Shown piece by piece: positions 49,537-59,497 of a stretch of 64,000 nucleotides of DNA. The notes beneath the pieces are model-generated. The model was given only the letters and a program-made list of their open reading frames with translations, did not search any database and had not been told where the DNA came from. Positions within the stretch are counted from its first letter, which is position 1, and every line of letters starts with the position of its first letter. Made by a program: the position numbers and the translations under genes. Source of the DNA: Candidatus Levyibacteriota bacterium (GTDB taxonomy: Bacteria; Patescibacteriota; Microgenomatia; Levybacterales; UBA12049); NCBI GenBank assembly GCA_029260905.1, contig JAJDCH010000003.1:1553-65552 (forward strand). The letters run 5' to 3'.

Positions 49537-50421
49537 TTATTTGCAGATAGAACCTCCGATCTGGCTAAAAACGTTTGGAAGGTCAGATTCGGTTGGGGAT
49601 GAGTAAAATTGACCACTTGAAAGTGTTGATATTTGGCGTAAGAGCGCTTCATCGTCTGCATCTCCGTATCCAATTGTATGATATGCAGTTCGGTTTTGAT
49701 TATAGCCTGAAAATGCTGAGTCAAGCGTTTTTTGTCTAGCAAGACTATCAGGTTTAGGACGGTTTGCCGATCCATCGCTAAGAAGGATAATCACTTTTTT
49801 TATCCCATCTCTACCGCTTGCTGCTATTTCAATGTTTGCGAGATCAATTCCACAATGAATACAAGTTGATCCGCTTGCAGTTATTGTATCTAGTTTTTGT
49901 TTTATTGATGAGAAGTCGTTAGTCATACCACTTAGCAAGTCTCCATTTTCTGAAAATATGCTAAGTCCCACCCTATTCTCGTTATTTTGTGATAGGTTAT
50001 CGACAAAGCTTTTAGTTGCAGAAAGAGCGTTTCTTAGTTTACTTCCACCACCCTCACTCATGCTTCCAGAACGGTCAAAAATAATCATAACATCAAGCGG
50101 AGTGAGTGTGCAGCTATTGGTTGGTGAGTTAGGCGGTGGGGTTGGAGGATCTGTCGGCGCTATTACTTCTCCGTTAAAAGTGAAAAGCTGAAGAGCATTC
50201 TGTTTTGAATTATTAGAAACAGGATTTACTTTAACATCTGCCCCATTTGAATCTTCTTGAAATGTAATAGGCAGGTTGTTTCCAGCAAAGTTGTAAGCAA
50301 ATAGTGTAAGCAAAATAATCATAATAAAAATTGAAAGGTTTCCTATCCCACCTTTTTGAAGTATTAATTTGTTTTTAGAAAATTGCTGAAAGAAAAAGAC
50401 CATGTATTTAGTATAAATCAA
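49537..50421 (-). CDS. Membrane-anchored von Willebrand factor A (VWA) domain protein.
   Basis: It has a TM (IFIMIILLTLFAY) and a MIDAS motif DVMIIFDRSGSM. Confidence 0.7.
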   Translation of the reverse strand: MIYTKYMVFFFQQFSKNKLILQKGGIGNLSIFIMIILLTLFAYNFAGNNLPITFQEDSNGADVKVNPVSNNSKQNALQLFTFNGEVIAPTDPPTPPPNSPTNSCTLTPLDVMIIFDRSGSMSEGGGSKLRNALSATKSFVDNLSQNNENRVGLSIFSENGDLLSGMTNDFSSIKQKLDTITASGSTCIHCGIDLANIEIAASGRDGIKKVIILLSDGSANRPKPDSLARQKTLDSAFSGYNQNRTAYHTIGYGDADDEALLRQISTLSSGQFYSSPTESDLPNVFSQIGGSICK

Positions 50422-50444
50422 GTCAAGGTTGTTGCAAAGAGAAA

Positions 50445-53405
50445 TCAGGCACTACAAACCATTTGGTATTCACAGTTTTTGCAAAACATACTCTTGTTGC
50501 AGTGAAATTCGCTTGTTGATATGTCATTTACTATTTCAAGAATTTTTTGTCTAGCATCAAATAGATCCTTAGTAGTTCTGGTCGTAGATAGCTTTTTTCC
50601 TTCTTCAAGATAGTAAAGAGAAAGTATTATTTCTTCAGGTTTTTTATTGAAAATCTCATCTTTTACTGTGGTTGCAGCTAAAGCATAAAATGATAGCTGC
50701 AAATCTTCTTTAAGTTTTTTTTCAGTTGGAATATTTTTTCCTGTTTTATAATCAACTATCTCAATCTTTCCATTTGGAAGTTTGTCAATTCTGTCAATTC
50801 TTCCACCAAGTTTTAGTTTGCTTGCCCCTTTATCAAGTCTTTCAAGCCAGAAGCTGAACGGAGTCTCAATTCCGATAGTGCTTGATTTTTTATCAGTATT
50901 TTCTCTGGCAAAATTAGTCAGCATTTTCTTAGCTTGTATAAATGATTTTTCTTCATGAGATCTGCCTGAGTATCCTTCTTTTATCCAATTTTTCTTAAGA
51001 AGTTTTATAATATCTGGCTTTTGATTTGCTGATAAGGATTCTGAGAATTCCTTAAGTGTGGAGTGAACACTTACGCCATAGCTAAGAGCAGGAGTTGGGG
51101 GAGTGGGGATACCTAGAACATATCTTAATTTATAATGGAGTGGACATGTTAGAAATGTTTGGATCTGTGAATAAGAGATGTAGTTAATGTTGGTTCTTGG
51201 TTCTTGGTTATTGGTTGTTAGTTCTGATTTAGATTCTTCGTTTTGAATTTGACTGTTAACAATATCTAACAATGTCAGCTGTTGGTTTGAAGTTTTCTCA
51301 GTTTGTTTTTTGACAATTGATTCAATCATTTCTTCGCCTAGTATTTCAGGAACAAAAGGAGATATTTTCCTTATTCTTTTTCCATCACCATAAAATTTCG
51401 CAGCTGAGAGGAAAAGTTTATCTTTTGCACGCGTTGCTGCGACATAAAAAAGTCGCCTTTCTTCCTGAAGATTTTCATCGCCTTCTGGCAGCTCTTCTCT
51501 GATCAAGTCTGTTGGAACTGGAATTTGTTCTCTTCGATTGCGACTTGGAAATCTATCTCTTACTAGGTTAACCACAAAAACATATGGGAATTCGAGGCCT
51601 TTGCTTGAGTGGATTGTTAGTATGTTAACTGCGTTATTTTCGCTCCAGTCAATATCAGTTGCAAGTGGTGACTCGCCAAGCTCCATTGATAAATTTATCC
51701 AATCAACAACTGCAAAAACAGATGAATCATCATGATTACTGGTATAGTTTTGGAGCTTTTCAAAAAATTTAGCTATGTTTTGAGCTTCCTTTTCAGTTCT
51801 TTTGGAGCCAGGATCAAGGTAATGTCCAAGAAGCCCCGAGTCAGTAAAGAAATAGTAAAGTATTTGTCCTGCATCAATCTTGGGAACTTTTTCAAGATGA
51901 TTTTTCATCATCTTGGTAATTTTTTTTATTTTTTCTATGCCACTTGATGTTAGCTTTGAGCTCTCAACATCCTCCATAGCCTCAAATAATGAAGTACTAT
52001 TTTTTTTAGCATGATTAAGAGCTGCTGCGATATCTCGAGCTTGTATATCAAAAACAGGATGTGCAATTACTCTATAGAGAGATGAATTGTCTTCAAAATT
52101 AGAAAGTGCTCTCAGGTATGCGATAAGATCTTTTATCTCATCTTGCTGAAAAAGTCTGCCAGGACCTAGGAATTGAAAAGGGATATGCGCTCTCTCAAGT
52201 GCTTTTTGAAATGGAAGCGAGTGGTCATTGGCACGAACCAAAATTGCAAAATCTTTGTATGAACGATTTGTTTTTCCTGTCTTGTGGGCAGACAGGTCTA
52301 TTTTTTCACGAATTTTTTCTACAACTTTTTCTGCTTCATCAACTGCTTTATTTTCATAAATAAATTCAATATTTTCTCCTCTTCTTTCCCGCATTGAAAT
52401 TAATTTCTTATCTATTTTTTCTTTTATCTCAAGCCGATCTGGATTGTTGTTTTGTATCAGTTTATAAGTGCTATCGAGAATATTTTGGGTTGATCTGTAA
52501 TTTTTTGTTAGAGTTATTATTTTTGCATCTGGAAAGTGTTTTTTAAACTGCATCATGTTGGCAACCGCAGCACCCCTCCATCTATAAATACTTTGATCAT
52601 CATCTCCAACAACCGTAATATTTTTATCCGTTCCTGAAAGAAGTATTGCAAGTTCGTTTTGCGCATAGTTTGTATCTTGAAATTCATCAACTAAAATATA
52701 TTGAAATTGTTTTTGGTATCTTAATAATATATTGGTTCTTTTTCTAAAAAGGTTTAAGGTATTACTGATGAGATCTGAAAAATCCATCACAGCTTCTTTT
52801 GTTTTTAGCTCTTCATATATTTTGAATGCTTGAGCAAGCTCAAGTGTTTTTCCTAGCTCTTCTTTTTGTTCAGGGTTAAGCGTAGAGCGTGAGGGATAAA
52901 GCTTCTCAGAATATTTTAGATATTCATCAGGTTTTATATCATCATCTTTAAGTCTTGAAAAGTGAGTCAGCATCCCTTGTAAAAATTTGGTTGGGTTGCC
53001 AAGAGGGCGGAAATAATTGAGATCAAATTTAAAAAGATTTTTTCGAAGGAAAAGAAGTGATTCTGCCTCAGTCATTAATTTAAATGTCGGATTAAGGCCA
53101 ATGTGAAGTGCCTCATTTCTGAGAATCCGATCACAAAAAGCATGAAAGGTCTCAATCCACATCTGAACAGCTCCATATGGCATCACCTCATCAATTCTTG
53201 TTTCCATTTCAGTTGCTGCTTTTTCTGTAAAGGTGAGTGCCAGGATATTGCTTGGAGGGACATTTTGATTTGTTATCAGGTGTTTGATTCTTTCAGTTAT
53301 GACAGTTGTTTTGCCAGTACCAGCACCAGCAATTATAAGAAGAGGTCCTTTGTCATGTCTTGTGGCTTCAAGCTGCTGACTATTTAGATCTTTGACATCT
53401 GACAT
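50445..53405 (-). CDS. UvrD/PcrA-type SF1 helicase fused to a C-terminal PD-(D/E)xK nuclease with a Cas4/AddB-like Fe-S cysteine cluster.
   Basis: Helicase motifs: I GAGTGKTTVI, II ILVDEFQDTN, III VVGDDDQSIYRWRGA, V LTIHSSKGLEFPYV, VI VAATRAKDKL. The C-terminus has CPLHYKLRY ... RIDRIDKL ... EIVDYKTGK ... QLSFYALAA ... C-x5-C-x2-C-x5-C. Confidence 0.8.
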   Translation of the reverse strand: MSDVKDLNSQQLEATRHDKGPLLIIAGAGTGKTTVITERIKHLITNQNVPPSNILALTFTEKAATEMETRIDEVMPYGAVQMWIETFHAFCDRILRNEALHIGLNPTFKLMTEAESLLFLRKNLFKFDLNYFRPLGNPTKFLQGMLTHFSRLKDDDIKPDEYLKYSEKLYPSRSTLNPEQKEELGKTLELAQAFKIYEELKTKEAVMDFSDLISNTLNLFRKRTNILLRYQKQFQYILVDEFQDTNYAQNELAILLSGTDKNITVVGDDDQSIYRWRGAAVANMMQFKKHFPDAKIITLTKNYRSTQNILDSTYKLIQNNNPDRLEIKEKIDKKLISMRERRGENIEFIYENKAVDEAEKVVEKIREKIDLSAHKTGKTNRSYKDFAILVRANDHSLPFQKALERAHIPFQFLGPGRLFQQDEIKDLIAYLRALSNFEDNSSLYRVIAHPVFDIQARDIAAALNHAKKNSTSLFEAMEDVESSKLTSSGIEKIKKITKMMKNHLEKVPKIDAGQILYYFFTDSGLLGHYLDPGSKRTEKEAQNIAKFFEKLQNYTSNHDDSSVFAVVDWINLSMELGESPLATDIDWSENNAVNILTIHSSKGLEFPYVFVVNLVRDRFPSRNRREQIPVPTDLIREELPEGDENLQEERRLFYVAATRAKDKLFLSAAKFYGDGKRIRKISPFVPEILGEEMIESIVKKQTEKTSNQQLTLLDIVNSQIQNEESKSELTTNNQEPRTNINYISYSQIQTFLTCPLHYKLRYVLGIPTPPTPALSYGVSVHSTLKEFSESLSANQKPDIIKLLKKNWIKEGYSGRSHEEKSFIQAKKMLTNFARENTDKKSSTIGIETPFSFWLERLDKGASKLKLGGRIDRIDKLPNGKIEIVDYKTGKNIPTEKKLKEDLQLSFYALAATTVKDEIFNKKPEEIILSLYYLEEGKKLSTTRTTKDLFDARQKILEIVNDISTSEFHCNKSMFCKNCEYQMVCSA

Positions 53406-53432
53406 AGAGTTATTCTAACATAGAGAACACTT

Positions 53433-54170
53433 ATGAGCTACAAGAGTAGAGAAGAAAAATGGAAGTTTATAAAAAAGAAAAAACTTCAGGAAAATATATA
53501 TTCTTTTTATTTTGAATCAAAAAATAAATTTGATTTTTTACCCGGACAATATGTTCGATTGATTCTTCCACATGAAAAGCCCGATTTTAGGGGAACGGGT
53601 AGGTATTTTACAATCTCATCATCGCCATTGGAAAATTATTTAATAATTACAACAAAACTTGTTGAGAGTACTTTTAAAAAGACAATTTTCTCTTTGTCCC
53701 CAAATGACAAAGTAAAAGTATTTGGACCGATGGGAAATCTTGTTTTGCCTAAAGAAGATGGTAAACCGTCTCTAGTTTTTTTATCAGGTGGGATGGGAAT
53801 AACGCCATTTCGCAGTATTATTTCTTATTTAAATAAGAAAAAAACAAAAACTTTAATAACTCTTATTGCTTCTTTTAAAACTCCTGATGAGATGATATTT
53901 GTTGATGAATTAATAAAAATTTCAAAAAAGAATAAATCAATTAGGGTGATTTTTACAACAACATCCTCACATTCTCAAGTATATGAGGATGTTGCGGTAG
54001 ACAGGGGAAAGATTCACAAGGATCTGATTGAGAAATATGTTGAAAGTGTTTTTGAAAATAAATATTTTATAGTCGGCCCACCAGTGATGGTTGAAGCAAC
54101 AAAAAAAGTTTTGAAAACTTTGAAAATTCCAAATGAAAAAATAATAACAGAGGACTTCACGGGGTATTGA
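53433..54170 (+). CDS. FNR-like oxidoreductase (FAD/NAD(P)-binding two-domain reductase).
   Basis: It carries GRYFTISSSP (the RxYS FAD motif) and LVFLSGGMGITPFRSII (the NAD(P) motif). Confidence 0.7.
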   Translation: MSYKSREEKWKFIKKKKLQENIYSFYFESKNKFDFLPGQYVRLILPHEKPDFRGTGRYFTISSSPLENYLIITTKLVESTFKKTIFSLSPNDKVKVFGPMGNLVLPKEDGKPSLVFLSGGMGITPFRSIISYLNKKKTKTLITLIASFKTPDEMIFVDELIKISKKNKSIRVIFTTTSSHSQVYEDVAVDRGKIHKDLIEKYVESVFENKYFIVGPPVMVEATKKVLKTLKIPNEKIITEDFTGY

Positions 54171-54186
54171 GATTATAATAGAAAAG

Positions 54187-55530
54187 ATGAATAAAACAAC
54201 AGTAAATATTGTTGGTTGTGGGATAGTTGGCTTGGTAACCGCAGTTGTAATTAAAAATTTTTTACCAGAAATTATTATAAATATGTACGATGCTGATTCT
54301 CATCCAGAAAATACATTAGATTTAGTAGGTGTAACATTTGGCAAGGGACGAGATGCGAGGCATTTTACTGGTTCTGAAAGTTTATCGTTTCAGAATCCCG
54401 TTCATTCAAGAGCTCTTGTGTTGTCACCAGGCGAGAACAAAGATTGGGCTGGTTGGAAGTTGATAGATGAAAATCACTTGACAGACAACGAGTTAAAATG
54501 GCGAGCGGACAGTCTTAATAAATATTCAGGAGTCGGTCATGAGAATATTAATGAATACGATTATTTTCATGCACGATTTAATTATGCAGGGATGCTTTCT
54601 TGGAAATTTCTACAAGAACACATTCCATATTTATCAGAATATCAAATATCAAATAGTTCTGTATCCGTATTGTTTTTGACAAAAAATAATTTTGATGCTG
54701 ATTTATTAAGTGAAAAAATTTTTCTTGAAAGATTTGGAAAAAAATGTGGAAATGTAACTGATTCAGTAATTAAAAAAAACATTAAAAATTTGTTAAAAGC
54801 AGATGTTTATGAAAAAGGTCTTGAATTACCTGGATCATCTTGGCGCATAAGGTCTTTAGGTTTAAGAATTCTTTCCGAACTGGAGGAAGAGGGAGTGGTA
54901 TTCCATTGGAATAAAGAGATAGTTGAAAGTGAGGAATTGAAAGGCGATATCATAGTATGGACAGCAGGTACGACGCACAAGGTGCCTGAAATTTATAAAA
55001 AATATTCACTGATTCAAGGTATTGCTGGCTGTTGGGTAAGTATTCCAAATAAAGGTTTTGAAAAACCTTTTAAAATATCTCTACCACAACCAAGTGGGTA
55101 TATAAATTGTACTCCGGATAATGATGTTTTACATATCTCTGGGGGTTTTGGCTGGGTCGGTGAAAGATCATACAATGAAGCGGCTGAACTGATGAATCCG
55201 ATATGCACATCTTTTAAAGAGCAAATTTATCAATACTTTGGAATATCTATAAAAGATATGGATACTGATGGAAAATATCCATTAAGTGTTTGTATTCGTC
55301 CTGCAACACCGACTGGTTTGCCTGACGTAGGTGTAAGAAATTTTGATAGTATCAAAAATATAATTCTGACAGGTTCTGGTAAGAGTGGTTCTACGCAAGC
55401 ATCCTTATTAGCATTATACGCAATAGGCAAGATCGATTCTAAAATAATTGATAAAAAAATTAATCAAGAGCAAATAAAAGATGCAATAGAAGTGCTTGGT
55501 TCTCTAGATAAGGTTCATGATTTTGTTTAG
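54187..55530 (+). CDS. FAD-dependent oxidoreductase, DAO family (D-amino-acid / glycine oxidase-like).
   Basis: It has an N-terminal NIVGCGIVGLVTAVV and a C-terminal CIRPATPTGLPDVG motif typical of the DAO family. Confidence 0.6.
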   Translation: MNKTTVNIVGCGIVGLVTAVVIKNFLPEIIINMYDADSHPENTLDLVGVTFGKGRDARHFTGSESLSFQNPVHSRALVLSPGENKDWAGWKLIDENHLTDNELKWRADSLNKYSGVGHENINEYDYFHARFNYAGMLSWKFLQEHIPYLSEYQISNSSVSVLFLTKNNFDADLLSEKIFLERFGKKCGNVTDSVIKKNIKNLLKADVYEKGLELPGSSWRIRSLGLRILSELEEEGVVFHWNKEIVESEELKGDIIVWTAGTTHKVPEIYKKYSLIQGIAGCWVSIPNKGFEKPFKISLPQPSGYINCTPDNDVLHISGGFGWVGERSYNEAAELMNPICTSFKEQIYQYFGISIKDMDTDGKYPLSVCIRPATPTGLPDVGVRNFDSIKNIILTGSGKSGSTQASLLALYAIGKIDSKIIDKKINQEQIKDAIEVLGSLDKVHDFV

Positions 55531-55534
55531 TTAA

Positions 55535-56380
55535 TTAATTAACCCCGATTAAAATAATCCCCAAAACAGACAGAGTAATTCCGAACCATTGGATTTTATT
55601 AATTTTATCTTTTAAAAATATCCATGAAAGAATGATTGTAATTACTGTGTAGGAGGAGCTGATTGGAGTTACAATTGAAAGAAGCCCTTTTGAGATTGCC
55701 AAATAGTAAAACAACATTCCAACCTCAGTCATGGTTACTCCAATAAATGTTGGTAAAAAATTCTTAGATGAAAAGCTCTGAAGACTGCGACCCTTTTTGT
55801 CAAAAATGATTGCAACAAGTGATGTTAAGGCAAAGGCAAAACTATAGTAAACAAGGTAGCTATAGATATCGCTTTGGTTGATTGCTGTTTTTGCAATAAA
55901 GTCACTTATGCCAATAGCAAACGCTCCACCAAGCGCCCATATTATCCAATTGTCAGTTATAGATTTATTAAGTTTATTTTTATTTTCGCCTCCAACAAGC
56001 ACAACTGACCCAAGAATAATAATAAGGATCGCGATGTTTTGTAAAAAAGTTGTTTGTTCATTAAGAAACAAAAAAGAAAGTACTACTGTTATCAGGGGGT
56101 AGGTTGCCAAAACAGTGCCAGTTAGAGAAATCTGTCCCTTTTCTAATACATAATAGTAGCAGAGTAGGAGAGCGCCGACCAAAAGCGTGTGTGGAATTAT
56201 TTTTATTGAGGATAATAGGTCGGGATTGTGAGAAAGCGCAAATGGAACTATGAGAATAAGCGTCACAATGGCTCCTAGAACATTATTATAAAGCGGCGAT
56301 ATGTGATAGAGACCTTTTTTGGTAATTACACCGCCGATTCCCCAAAAAAAAGCAGCAAGAATTGATAATATAAACCACAT
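55535..56380 (-). CDS. EamA/DMT-family transporter.
   Basis: It has 10 TM helices and two EamA-like repeats. Confidence 0.7.
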   Translation of the reverse strand: MWFILSILAAFFWGIGGVITKKGLYHISPLYNNVLGAIVTLILIVPFALSHNPDLLSSIKIIPHTLLVGALLLCYYYVLEKGQISLTGTVLATYPLITVVLSFLFLNEQTTFLQNIAILIIILGSVVLVGGENKNKLNKSITDNWIIWALGGAFAIGISDFIAKTAINQSDIYSYLVYYSFAFALTSLVAIIFDKKGRSLQSFSSKNFLPTFIGVTMTEVGMLFYYLAISKGLLSIVTPISSSYTVITIILSWIFLKDKINKIQWFGITLSVLGIILIGVN

Positions 56381-56404
56381 AAAATAATTGTAGCAGAATA
56401 TGTT

Positions 56405-57382
56405 TTATTCAAGCTCTTTTTTTACTTGTTCGGATAGAGTTCTGGCACTTGATAGTTTTTGGCCCAAGCTGTTAAATCCTTTATTTAGATTTAAATATTG
56501 ATTGGAAGAATTATTTATATGTTTGCCAAGCGTGTCCATAGAATCACTAACTTTTTCATAGTCAATTTGCAATGCTCTTAAAAGCCTGAAAACTTCACGG
56601 GACTCTGATTCAATTTTTTTGCCTTCAAAAGAAAGAAGAATTGTTTGTAGGTGGGCATAAAGCGTACTTGGAGAGACAATATAAACGCGTCCTCTTTTTG
56701 CATGCTCTGTCACGTCTTCCATATTTATAATCTCATAAAAAACCGACTCACTTGGTACATACATAAGAGCAAAATCCATAGTTCCCTCATCAGGAAGTAT
56801 ATATTTTTTAGAGATTGCATCAATATGTTTCTTCACATCTTTTGTGAATTCGTGTTTAAATTCTTTTATCTCTGACTCTGTTTTTGCTTTTGCCATTTTT
56901 TGGAAATTTTCCATTGGGAATTTGGAATCAATCGGGAGAATTCCTGCATCTGTTTTGATCGCAGCATCAACCTTCTCACCAGACTTGAAGGTGTATTGGA
57001 GATTAAAACTATTTTTTGGAAAAATTTGAGTAATCAAATCTTTTAATACTTGTTCGCCCAGATTTCCTCGAAGTTTGGGGCTTTTTAAAAAGTCTTGAAG
57101 CTCTCGCATATTTCTTCCGATTTCACTCATTTCCCCAACCTCTACACCGACATTTCTGATGACCTTTGCTGCAGTGTCAAGTCTTTCGTTTAGTTGACGG
57201 GAGTTTTCTTGAAGAGTTCGAACTGTTGTTTCTGATGTTTTATCAATTGATGACTGCATTGTTTTTAGCCATTCTAGAAGTGTTGTATCTGTTTGTTTTT
57301 GATTGAGTTTTTTGTTGAGGAGATAAATAATAATCCCAAAACCAAGGATCAAGATTATTAAAACAGGCAGTATACTATCCAT
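56405..57382 (-). CDS. rmuC: DNA recombination protein RmuC.
   Basis: It has an N-terminal TM and a coiled-coil, with LRGNLGEQVLKDL...VDAAIKTDAGILPIDSKFPMENF matching the RmuC family. Confidence 0.75.
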   Translation of the reverse strand: MDSILPVLIILILGFGIIIYLLNKKLNQKQTDTTLLEWLKTMQSSIDKTSETTVRTLQENSRQLNERLDTAAKVIRNVGVEVGEMSEIGRNMRELQDFLKSPKLRGNLGEQVLKDLITQIFPKNSFNLQYTFKSGEKVDAAIKTDAGILPIDSKFPMENFQKMAKAKTESEIKEFKHEFTKDVKKHIDAISKKYILPDEGTMDFALMYVPSESVFYEIINMEDVTEHAKRGRVYIVSPSTLYAHLQTILLSFEGKKIESESREVFRLLRALQIDYEKVSDSMDTLGKHINNSSNQYLNLNKGFNSLGQKLSSARTLSEQVKKELE

Positions 57383-57408
57383 AGTTCAAGTATTGTAACA
57401 CAAATATT

Positions 57409-58434
57409 TTACTGGAAATATAGTTCTGGATCGGCTGAGACTTCTTTCCAGCTTTTTGGATTTTGATTGAAATAGGAAGCGGTTGCGATCATAGCGGCAT
57501 TGTCAGTGCAGAGAGACTTTGCAGGGGCAAAAATCTTGGATTTGAGATCTTGGATTTTGGATCTTAGATGAAATTCATCCCTGAGTGATTGGTTGGCTGC
57601 GACTCCACCAGACAGAAGTATTGATTTGGCGTTATATTTTTTGGCAGCTTTGAGAGTTTTCTTGATTAGTACATCAATTATGGCGTCTTGAGCTGCTAAA
57701 GCAATGTCCGAGGTTATTTGTTTATCAAGGATTTTTATTTTTTGAGTTTCTCGAAGAACAGCGGTTTTGAGACCTGAGAAACTAAAGTCAAAATCAGCTG
57801 ATCCGATAAGTGGACGAGGGAATCGAAAGCGTTTTGGATTACCATTTTTGGCAGCTTTTTCTATTTCAGGTCCACCTGGATAGGGGAGATTGAGAAGTCT
57901 TCCTATTTTATCAAACGCCTCACCCGCTGCGTCATCGCGCGTCCCGCCAATCAATTTGTAGTCATTATGATTTTTAAAAAGTAGCAAATCTGTGTGTCCA
58001 CCTGAGACGACAAGAGCGATAGCGGGAAAGTCGATTCTGGATTCTGGTTTTGAGATTTCGCTAACGAAGTTAGCATAAACGTGTCCGATCATGTGATTAA
58101 CTGGAATTATTGGCTTTTTGAGAACGAAACTCAGCGTTTTGATTGTTTCAACACCGACCAGGAGAGATCCGATAAGCCCTGGACCAAACGTAACAGCAAG
58201 AGAGTCAATATCATTAATTTTCATTTCTGCCTTTCTTAGCGCTTCCTGAATAACTGGAATAATAAATTTTATTTGCTCACGCGCAGCGTTTTCGGGAATT
58301 ATGCCGCCTGTTTTGATATGTGTTTCCATAGAAGAAGCAACGATATTTGATTTTAAAAAAATTTCTTCGTTTTTACCTTCTATTATTGCAGCTGAGGTTT
58401 CATCACATGATGTTTCGATTCCAAGTATTATCAT
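57409..58434 (-). CDS. tsaD: tRNA N6-adenosine threonylcarbamoyltransferase TsaD (Kae1/TsaD family).
   Basis: The sequence reads MIILGIETSCDETSAAIIEG with the ASKHA fold. Confidence 0.9.
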   Translation of the reverse strand: MIILGIETSCDETSAAIIEGKNEEIFLKSNIVASSMETHIKTGGIIPENAAREQIKFIIPVIQEALRKAEMKINDIDSLAVTFGPGLIGSLLVGVETIKTLSFVLKKPIIPVNHMIGHVYANFVSEISKPESRIDFPAIALVVSGGHTDLLLFKNHNDYKLIGGTRDDAAGEAFDKIGRLLNLPYPGGPEIEKAAKNGNPKRFRFPRPLIGSADFDFSFSGLKTAVLRETQKIKILDKQITSDIALAAQDAIIDVLIKKTLKAAKKYNAKSILLSGGVAANQSLRDEFHLRSKIQDLKSKIFAPAKSLCTDNAAMIATASYFNQNPKSWKEVSADPELYFQ

Positions 58435-59021
58435 TATTTATTTCTCCCCCCTTTAAAATAATTGCTCATACTCAAAAATTCATCAGTTAATTCAGGAAAT
58501 GATGAGATGATTCTTTTTTTGTTTGAAAAATGATCCATATTATGAAGTATAATTATTTTTGTTCCAAGTTTTTGTTTGAAGACATTACCAAATTTTTCTG
58601 GAACACGATCGTCGTTGTCAGAGTAAAATCCCGTGTAATATTTAGATTTGTTTTTTAGCTTATCAAAACCAATCGGTTTTTCAAAAAAACTTTTAATAAT
58701 TTCATATCCCTTGCCGAGATCTTCGGCAAATCCAGCAACAAAAATTACCCCGCCCACCTTTTGATTTTCAGAAAGATTTTCGAGATAGCGAAGTATTGTA
58801 ATACATCCAAGACTATGACCGACTAAAAATAAGTCTTCGTCTGGATCTCCTGCTATTTCTTTTAGTTTTTTAAGCCATAGGGAAAGCTTGGGATGGTTGA
58901 CGTCTGGCATCTGGGGCACAGAGACTTTATAGCCTTTTTCTTCTAATTCTTTTTTGGTCTTTGGATACCAGCAATTTTCAGGAAATCCTTTCCATCCATG
59001 AACAATAACTACTTTTTTCAT
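58434..59021 (-). CDS. Alpha/beta hydrolase (YdeN/RBBP9-like serine hydrolase).
   Basis: It carries VVIVHGW... and a nucleophile elbow GHSLG. Confidence 0.65.
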   Translation of the reverse strand: MKKVVIVHGWKGFPENCWYPKTKKELEEKGYKVSVPQMPDVNHPKLSLWLKKLKEIAGDPDEDLFLVGHSLGCITILRYLENLSENQKVGGVIFVAGFAEDLGKGYEIIKSFFEKPIGFDKLKNKSKYYTGFYSDNDDRVPEKFGNVFKQKLGTKIIILHNMDHFSNKKRIISSFPELTDEFLSMSNYFKGGRNK

Positions 59022-59497
59022 TTCAGATCAAATTTTATCATATCGCCCTTTTTGATATTATATTTTTCACTTAGTCCTGCATTTATTTCGAGCACATAGT
59101 TGGCAGGACTATCAGGATGGTATTGTTTTAGTTCTGCATCAGTCTTTGCAATTGGCGCGTTTTTTACAACATACACAACTTTTTTATCCAAAATAAAGAT
59201 AATATCAATTGGAAATTTCATATCCTTCATCCAGAATTGAAAATATCCTGGTTGATCAAAAACAAAAAGCATCGATTTGTTTTCAGGCAAGCTATCGTAT
59301 TTTGATAAACCGATTCTTCTTTCCTTATCAGTTCTGGCAACTTCTGTTTGAAAGACATTTCCATTTATCGTTGTAGTGGATGAGACACCTTTTTGGATAT
59401 TTGTTTGGTTTGTTTTTTGATTTTTTCCTAAAAAAATTATTGCTAGAGAAATGCTTATTATTGCTATAAAAATAGCAAAGACATGGCCTGTTTTCAT
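59018..59497 (-). CDS. DUF192 family protein.
   Basis: MLFVFDQPGYFQFWMKDMKFPIDIIFI...YVLEINAG matches the DUF192/COG1430 pattern. It has an N-terminal TM. Confidence 0.65.
   Translation of the reverse strand: MKTGHVFAIFIAIISISLAIIFLGKNQKTNQTNIQKGVSSTTTINGNVFQTEVARTDKERRIGLSKYDSLPENKSMLFVFDQPGYFQFWMKDMKFPIDIIFILDKKVVYVVKNAPIAKTDAELKQYHPDSPANYVLEINAGLSEKYNIKKGDMIKFDLK

Noticed and set aside
51180-51245. TTGGTTC-type tandem repeats.
   Set aside because: They lie inside the helicase-nuclease CDS linker region, so they are coding.
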